50,912 bases of DNA, from the NCBI GenBank assembly GCA_002364555.1, contig DEYM01000086.1, positions 1-50,912 of the forward strand, in the 5' to 3' direction. The notes beneath the pieces are model-generated. The model was not told where the DNA came from. It was given only the letters and a program-made list of their open reading frames with translations, and searched no databases. The translations under genes were made by a program, and so were the position numbers. Source of the stretch: Phycisphaerales bacterium UBA3158 (GTDB taxonomy: Bacteria > Planctomycetota > Phycisphaerae > Phycisphaerales > SM1A02). The first letter of the stretch is position 1; every line of letters begins with the position of its first letter. This document shows positions 46,830 through 50,912 of the stretch, piece after piece.

Positions 46830-47732
46830 GTGTCCATATCAGGGAGAATAAACGTGCCGGCGAATCGATCTCGTACAGCAGGTTGGCGTCAATGTCTTGA
46901 GCAGATCAAGCACAGAGGAGGCTCCATAGAACTTGCCATTGCCCGTCCAGAGATGGAGGGTAGTGGCGTATCCGGTGATCTTCTGATTCGATGTCGTGTC
47001 CTCTGCCTTGGGGATGACGCGATCAGAGTCGAGGCGCCGGTGGCGTTGGGAAGGACGATCGAGATTCCAAGTGGTGTCGAACTGGTGGCCATGATGGCCG
47101 TCGGTCAGAACCGATGGATGTTCAGGACCCGATGTCTCGAATGGCATTCCTCGGAAGAACGTGTGGATGCTCGAGCGGAACTCGATCTGGCCATTCCCGA
47201 TCGAGTCGAACGATGTCAGCGAAGACGGGACTACCGTGTTGAGACGGCCAGTCTTGATCTGCCGAGCGTGCAGCTCTGGCCACTCCTCGACCCGACCACG
47301 GTGGTCCTGGCCGAACGAGTCAACGAAGCGGAGTTTCTTCGTGAACTCGACGGTTCGGAATCGCCACTGTGTCGACTCAGTGACGAGGAGATCGATGATG
47401 AGATCCTGCCTGAAGTCGGACCTGCCTTGCCGGCACGTCTGGTCAATCTGGGTGGCGGTGGCGTCGGTCTCACGGTCGAGCACGCCCATGCGGCCAGCCT
47501 GGGGCGCAGGCCACTGTTCTGGATGCGATTCGGTCTGCCTCCCATGCTGAAGACGCCGGTCTGCGCCACTGCCAGACTCGTGCACAGTCACATGCAGAGC
47601 GATCGTCAGACCTATGCGGGCATGACATTCGACTTCTCCGCCAATCCGGCCCACAAACGTGTGGTTGTCAGGCAGATCCTGCAGGCCATCGCATGTCAAC
47701 AGAAGCTTCAGATGTCGCGACAGGCTGGTTGA
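46830..47732 (+). CDS. PilZ domain protein (YcgR-like two-domain layout)
   Basis: The PilZ c-di-GMP motifs are QRRRDYR (RxxxR) and the downstream VNLGGGGVGL (D/N-x-S-x-x-G-like). An N-terminal beta-rich domain precedes them. The GTG start is uncertain. Confidence 0.65.
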   Translation: MSISGRINVPANRSRTAGWRQCLEQIKHRGGSIELAIARPEMEGSGVSGDLLIRCRVLCLGDDAIRVEAPVALGRTIEIPSGVELVAMMAVGQNRWMFRTRCLEWHSSEERVDARAELDLAIPDRVERCQRRRDYRVETASLDLPSVQLWPLLDPTTVVLAERVNEAEFLRELDGSESPLCRLSDEEIDDEILPEVGPALPARLVNLGGGGVGLTVEHAHAASLGRRPLFWMRFGLPPMLKTPVCATARLVHSHMQSDRQTYAGMTFDFSANPAHKRVVVRQILQAIACQQKLQMSRQAG

Positions 47733-47745
47733 ATGATCGATCGCA

Positions 47746-49182
47746 TCAATCCAGAAGCCTCATCAAGGCAGCCGTCTTGTGCTGGGATTCCGTGAATTCA
47801 TCGGTCGGATCCGAGTCCACCACGATGCCGCACCCCGTTCCATAGACCAGCCTGCCTTCGACTTCGTGGAATCCGCCTTTGGCGTTTCCTTCGAAGGCTG
47901 CTGTTCGAATGGACACGCCCAGCCTCAGGTCGCCGGATGTCGACAGGCAGCCGACGGCGCCGCAGTAGGGGCCTCGAGGGGACTGCTCCAGTTCGTCGAT
48001 GACCTGCATGGCGCGGATCTTCGGGGCGCCGGTCACTGATCCAGGTGGAAAGGTCGCCCGCAGAATCTCGGAGAAACGTGTGCCCGGTGTCAGTTGTCCG
48101 CAGATCTCCGCCACGCCGTGATGGACGGTCGGGTGGGATTCGATCGATCTGGGCTGGCTCACCCCGATGCTGCCCAGTTCACAGACTCTTCCGAGATCGT
48201 TTCGCATCAGATCGACGATCATGTTGAGCTCCGCCGCATCCTTCTCCGATCCGGCCAGTTCCATCACCGATGCCTCGGCCGGCCTGGTTCCCTTGATCGG
48301 CCTGGAACGAAGTGTGCCCGATGCCGCATCGAGATCCAGAAACAGTTCAGGACTCATGCCGAGGATGGCGCGATCCAGCCCGCTGTCCGCCAATTCCATC
48401 CAGCATCCGAACCAGGCGCCGCTCGAGGACAGTGCCTTGAGCGCGAATTCACGGAGTCCGCCACGACAGTTCGTCGAGATCTGGCGTGTGATGTTCGCCT
48501 GGAAGAGATCCCCTCGACGAATCAGTTCGATCGTCCGGGAGACCGCTTCTTCATACCCTCTCCGGTCAGGGTGGCTTTTCCACTCGTCCATATGCAGTGG
48601 TTGGTCCGGTGCGATCACGGGATCGAACACCTGGGGTTCGCCGATTGACCACCACTTGTCGGAATAGGCATCGTGGACGATGGCATCCGGACACCAGAGG
48701 AAATCTGCGAGCACGCCTCTGGGAAGATCGGCATCCGAGTTGGTGACACGTTCAATGTGGGCGCCCAGTTCGTACCGGAGTGAGATCACCCAGCCGCCCA
48801 TGAACGGCAGGGAGGGGTCCTTTTCGATGGAGATCGCCTGATCGGCCGCGATGGCTGCGTCCATGATCGCGAGTGGATCGTTGGCGGGTACCCCGGCCAA
48901 AGCCTCCTCGAGTTCCGGCCACGACTGGCCCGACCATTCGAATCCGTCATCGAGAACTTTGAGATGTCCCCTCGGGCTCGCCAGCATGGACCAGCGGGCC
49001 CAGGGGCTGCTCGAGCCCCCGGAGTGCAGCACGACGAGTGGCTGTTGAGCCGGATACGTGGCGGCCAACGTCAGCACGTCCTTGTGGGCGGTATGGAATT
49101 CTGAGCTGGTCGCGCGCATGAGTGCTCGATCATAGTCTCGATTGGCTGGAATAAATCGTGGGGTGGTACACTGGTCGCTCAT
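47746..49182 (-). CDS. pabB: Aminodeoxychorismate synthase component I
   Basis: Chorismate-binding C-terminus FPPGSVTGAPKIRAMQVIDELEQSPRGPYCGAVG. PabB-type features are VVLHSGG...ARWS and PIKGT (a Lys where TrpE has Ala). I placed the start at ATG 49182 because the longer ORF would overlap the ppdK start. Confidence 0.8.
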   Translation of the reverse strand: MSDQCTTPRFIPANRDYDRALMRATSSEFHTAHKDVLTLAATYPAQQPLVVLHSGGSSSPWARWSMLASPRGHLKVLDDGFEWSGQSWPELEEALAGVPANDPLAIMDAAIAADQAISIEKDPSLPFMGGWVISLRYELGAHIERVTNSDADLPRGVLADFLWCPDAIVHDAYSDKWWSIGEPQVFDPVIAPDQPLHMDEWKSHPDRRGYEEAVSRTIELIRRGDLFQANITRQISTNCRGGLREFALKALSSSGAWFGCWMELADSGLDRAILGMSPELFLDLDAASGTLRSRPIKGTRPAEASVMELAGSEKDAAELNMIVDLMRNDLGRVCELGSIGVSQPRSIESHPTVHHGVAEICGQLTPGTRFSEILRATFPPGSVTGAPKIRAMQVIDELEQSPRGPYCGAVGCLSTSGDLRLGVSIRTAAFEGNAKGGFHEVEGRLVYGTGCGIVVDSDPTDEFTESQHKTAALMRLLD

Positions 49183-49264
49183 GATCCCCCGTGGGGGGGT
49201 CCCAGGCCAGTGAAATCCACTCGCTGGAATCAGTTGCGATCGAATCGTGAAACAAAGGTGAAAC

Positions 49265-50912
49265 ATGGCTTCGACGACCACCAAGAAACGAACTTCTCGC
49301 AAGAAGAGCGTGCGCAAGACGACCCGAGCTCCCAAGATGATCTATTCGTTTGGCAAGACCAAGACGGAGGGTCATGCCTCGCAGCGTGAACTGCTTGGTG
49401 GCAAGGGGGCGAATCTCGCCGAGATGACCTCGATCGGTCTGCCCGTTCCTCCGGGATTCACCATCACGACGAATACCTGCGAGGCATTCAATTCCGGAGG
49501 TGGCAGATTGCCATCGGGATTGATGGCAGGTGTGAAGACCGCGGTTGCCCGACTGCAGCGTGAGACTGGAAAGAAGTTCGGCTCGAAGAGCAATCCACTT
49601 CTGGTCTCCGTTCGAAGTGGTGCGGCCGTCTCCATGCCTGGAATGATGGACACGATCCTCAATCTGGGCCTGAACGATGAAGCGGTCGATGGCATGGCGG
49701 CGCTGACAGGCAATGAACGATTCGCCCTCGATGCCTATCGTCGTCTGATCAACATGTTCGGCGATGTCGTGATGGGTGTCGATCATCATCACTTCGAGGC
49801 CGAGTTCGATGCCATCAAGAAGAAGTACAAGGTGACCGAGGACACGGATGTTCCAGCAGAAGGCCTTCGCAAGCTCTGTGATCGCTACAAGGCGGTCTAC
49901 AAGAAGCATGTCGGCAAGCCCTTCCCCCAGGATCCCTATCGCCAGCTGCAGGCGGCCATCGAAGCCGTGTTCCGTTCATGGAACGCACCCAAGGCGATCT
50001 CCTATCGCCGTATCAACGAGATCGCCGGACTGACGGGAACCGCGGTCAACGTGCAGACGATGGTCTTCGGAAACATGGGTGACGACTCGGGCACGGGCGT
50101 GGCCTTCACCAGAGACCCTTCCACGGGCAAGAACGAGTTCTACGGCGAATTCCTGATCAACGCCCAGGGTGAGGATGTCGTGGCCGGCATCCGCACACCG
50201 GAACCCGTGATCGGCATGAAAAAGTGGAATGCATCCGTCCACAAGCAGCTGCTCGCCATTCGAACCAAGCTCGAGAAGCACTATCGCGATGTCCAGGACG
50301 TCGAGTTCACCATCGAGAGAGGCACGCTCTACATGCTCCAGACGCGTAACGGCAAGCGTACGGCGGCGGCTGCGGTACGTATCGCCGTGGAGATGGTGAA
50401 GGAGAAATTGATCACGCAGGACGAGGCCATTCTCAGAGTGCCCGCCGGTGACGTGGTCCAGCTTCTGCTGCCGAGTTTCACCGCCGCGGACAAGAAGAAG
50501 TCGACATGCATCACGAAGGGGCTTCCGGCATCTCCCGGCGCCTCATCCGGCGCCCTGGCCTTCTCGGCCGACGAGGCAGTCGAGCGAACCGAAGCCGGCG
50601 AAGACGTCATTCTGGTTCGACGCGAGACGTCGCCCGAGGATGTCGAGGGCATGCACCATGCGGTTGGCATCCTGACTTCCACCGGCGGCATGACATCCCA
50701 TGCCGCGGTTGTCGCCCGTGGCTGGGGCAAGTGCTGCGTGGCCGGGGCCGGTCAGCTGGAGATCGACGAGAAGCGACGCCGTGTGACCGTCAATGGAAAG
50801 CACTGGGGTCCCAAGGACATCCTGTCCATCGATGGTGGAACCGGTGAAGTCCTCGTCGGAAAGGTGAAGGGCTCCGTTCCGAAGATGTCCAAGGAGTTCA
50901 CCACTCTGATGA
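49265..50912 (+). CDS. ppdK: Pyruvate, phosphate dikinase (3' end beyond window)
   Basis: MIYSFGKTKTEGHASQRELLGGKGANLAEMTSIGLPVPPGFTITTNTC and the phospho-His loop GGMTSHAAVVARGWGK. The frame stays open to the window end. The ATG at 49265 has AAGGTG upstream and adds a 24-aa Lys/Arg-rich extension. The canonical start would be 49337. Confidence 0.9.
   Translation, partial: MASTTTKKRTSRKKSVRKTTRAPKMIYSFGKTKTEGHASQRELLGGKGANLAEMTSIGLPVPPGFTITTNTCEAFNSGGGRLPSGLMAGVKTAVARLQRETGKKFGSKSNPLLVSVRSGAAVSMPGMMDTILNLGLNDEAVDGMAALTGNERFALDAYRRLINMFGDVVMGVDHHHFEAEFDAIKKKYKVTEDTDVPAEGLRKLCDRYKAVYKKHVGKPFPQDPYRQLQAAIEAVFRSWNAPKAISYRRINEIAGLTGTAVNVQTMVFGNMGDDSGTGVAFTRDPSTGKNEFYGEFLINAQGEDVVAGIRTPEPVIGMKKWNASVHKQLLAIRTKLEKHYRDVQDVEFTIERGTLYMLQTRNGKRTAAAAVRIAVEMVKEKLITQDEAILRVPAGDVVQLLLPSFTAADKKKSTCITKGLPASPGASSGALAFSADEAVERTEAGEDVILVRRETSPEDVEGMHHAVGILTSTGGMTSHAAVVARGWGKCCVAGAGQLEIDEKRRRVTVNGKHWGPKDILSIDGGTGEVLVGKVKGSVPKMSKEFTTLM

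Noticed and set aside
1-50912. Search for CRISPR arrays, tRNA/rRNA genes, transposases, integrases, prophage or toxin-antitoxin/defence modules.
   Set aside because: I saw no direct-repeat/spacer array, no cloverleaf-compatible sequence with a T-loop plus acceptor stem in the intergenic regions I inspected, and no ORF with recombinase, transposase or phage hallmark motifs. The inspection was manual, so short elements could have been missed.

Overview
This is a single contiguous stretch of bacterial chromosome, roughly 55-60% GC by eye. It is densely coding, and I found no rRNA, tRNA, CRISPR array, transposase or integrase. Nt 1-17087 (+ strand) carry an RDD-family membrane protein and then a translationally coupled block: TPR membrane protein, FlgN-like protein, sensor-less histidine kinase and sigma-54 (NtrC-type) response regulator. 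A flagellar operon follows in the order seen in Firmicutes and spirochaetes: flgB-flgC-fliE-fliF-fliG-fliH-fliI-fliJ-(YlxF-like)-fliK-flgD-flgE. A minus-strand block follows: a DegT-fold protein, a secreted helical-repeat protein, then dnaA with a ~480-bp non-coding upstream region containing DnaA-box-like motifs. The rest is housekeeping genes mixed with hypotheticals: GNAT, rpmA, obg, mutS coupled to two paralogous WCGDC thioredoxin-fold genes, a His-tailed ZIP transporter, ileS, a CsaA-like tRNA-binding protein, a PpiD-like chaperone, rpsD, long-form purF, ahcY, an atpC lying apart from other atp genes and coupled to scpB, DUF58-transglutaminase-methyltransferase-PilZ, pabB and a 3'-truncated ppdK. 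The items most worth a second look are: (1) a perfect 32-nt AT-rich palindrome upstream of ahcY; (2) a DegT-fold protein with no Schiff-base lysine; (3) the regulatory module fused to the flagellar operon, with a sigma-54-type -24/-12 candidate in front of flgB; (4) the mutS-thioredoxin-thioredoxin unit; (5) the dnaA upstream region; (6) strong GATC over-representation across the window. The gene content resembles Planctomycetota/PVC genomes, but that is only a guess. I did not recognise a clearly novel multi-gene system. All function calls rest on motifs read by eye from the translations, and no database search was run.
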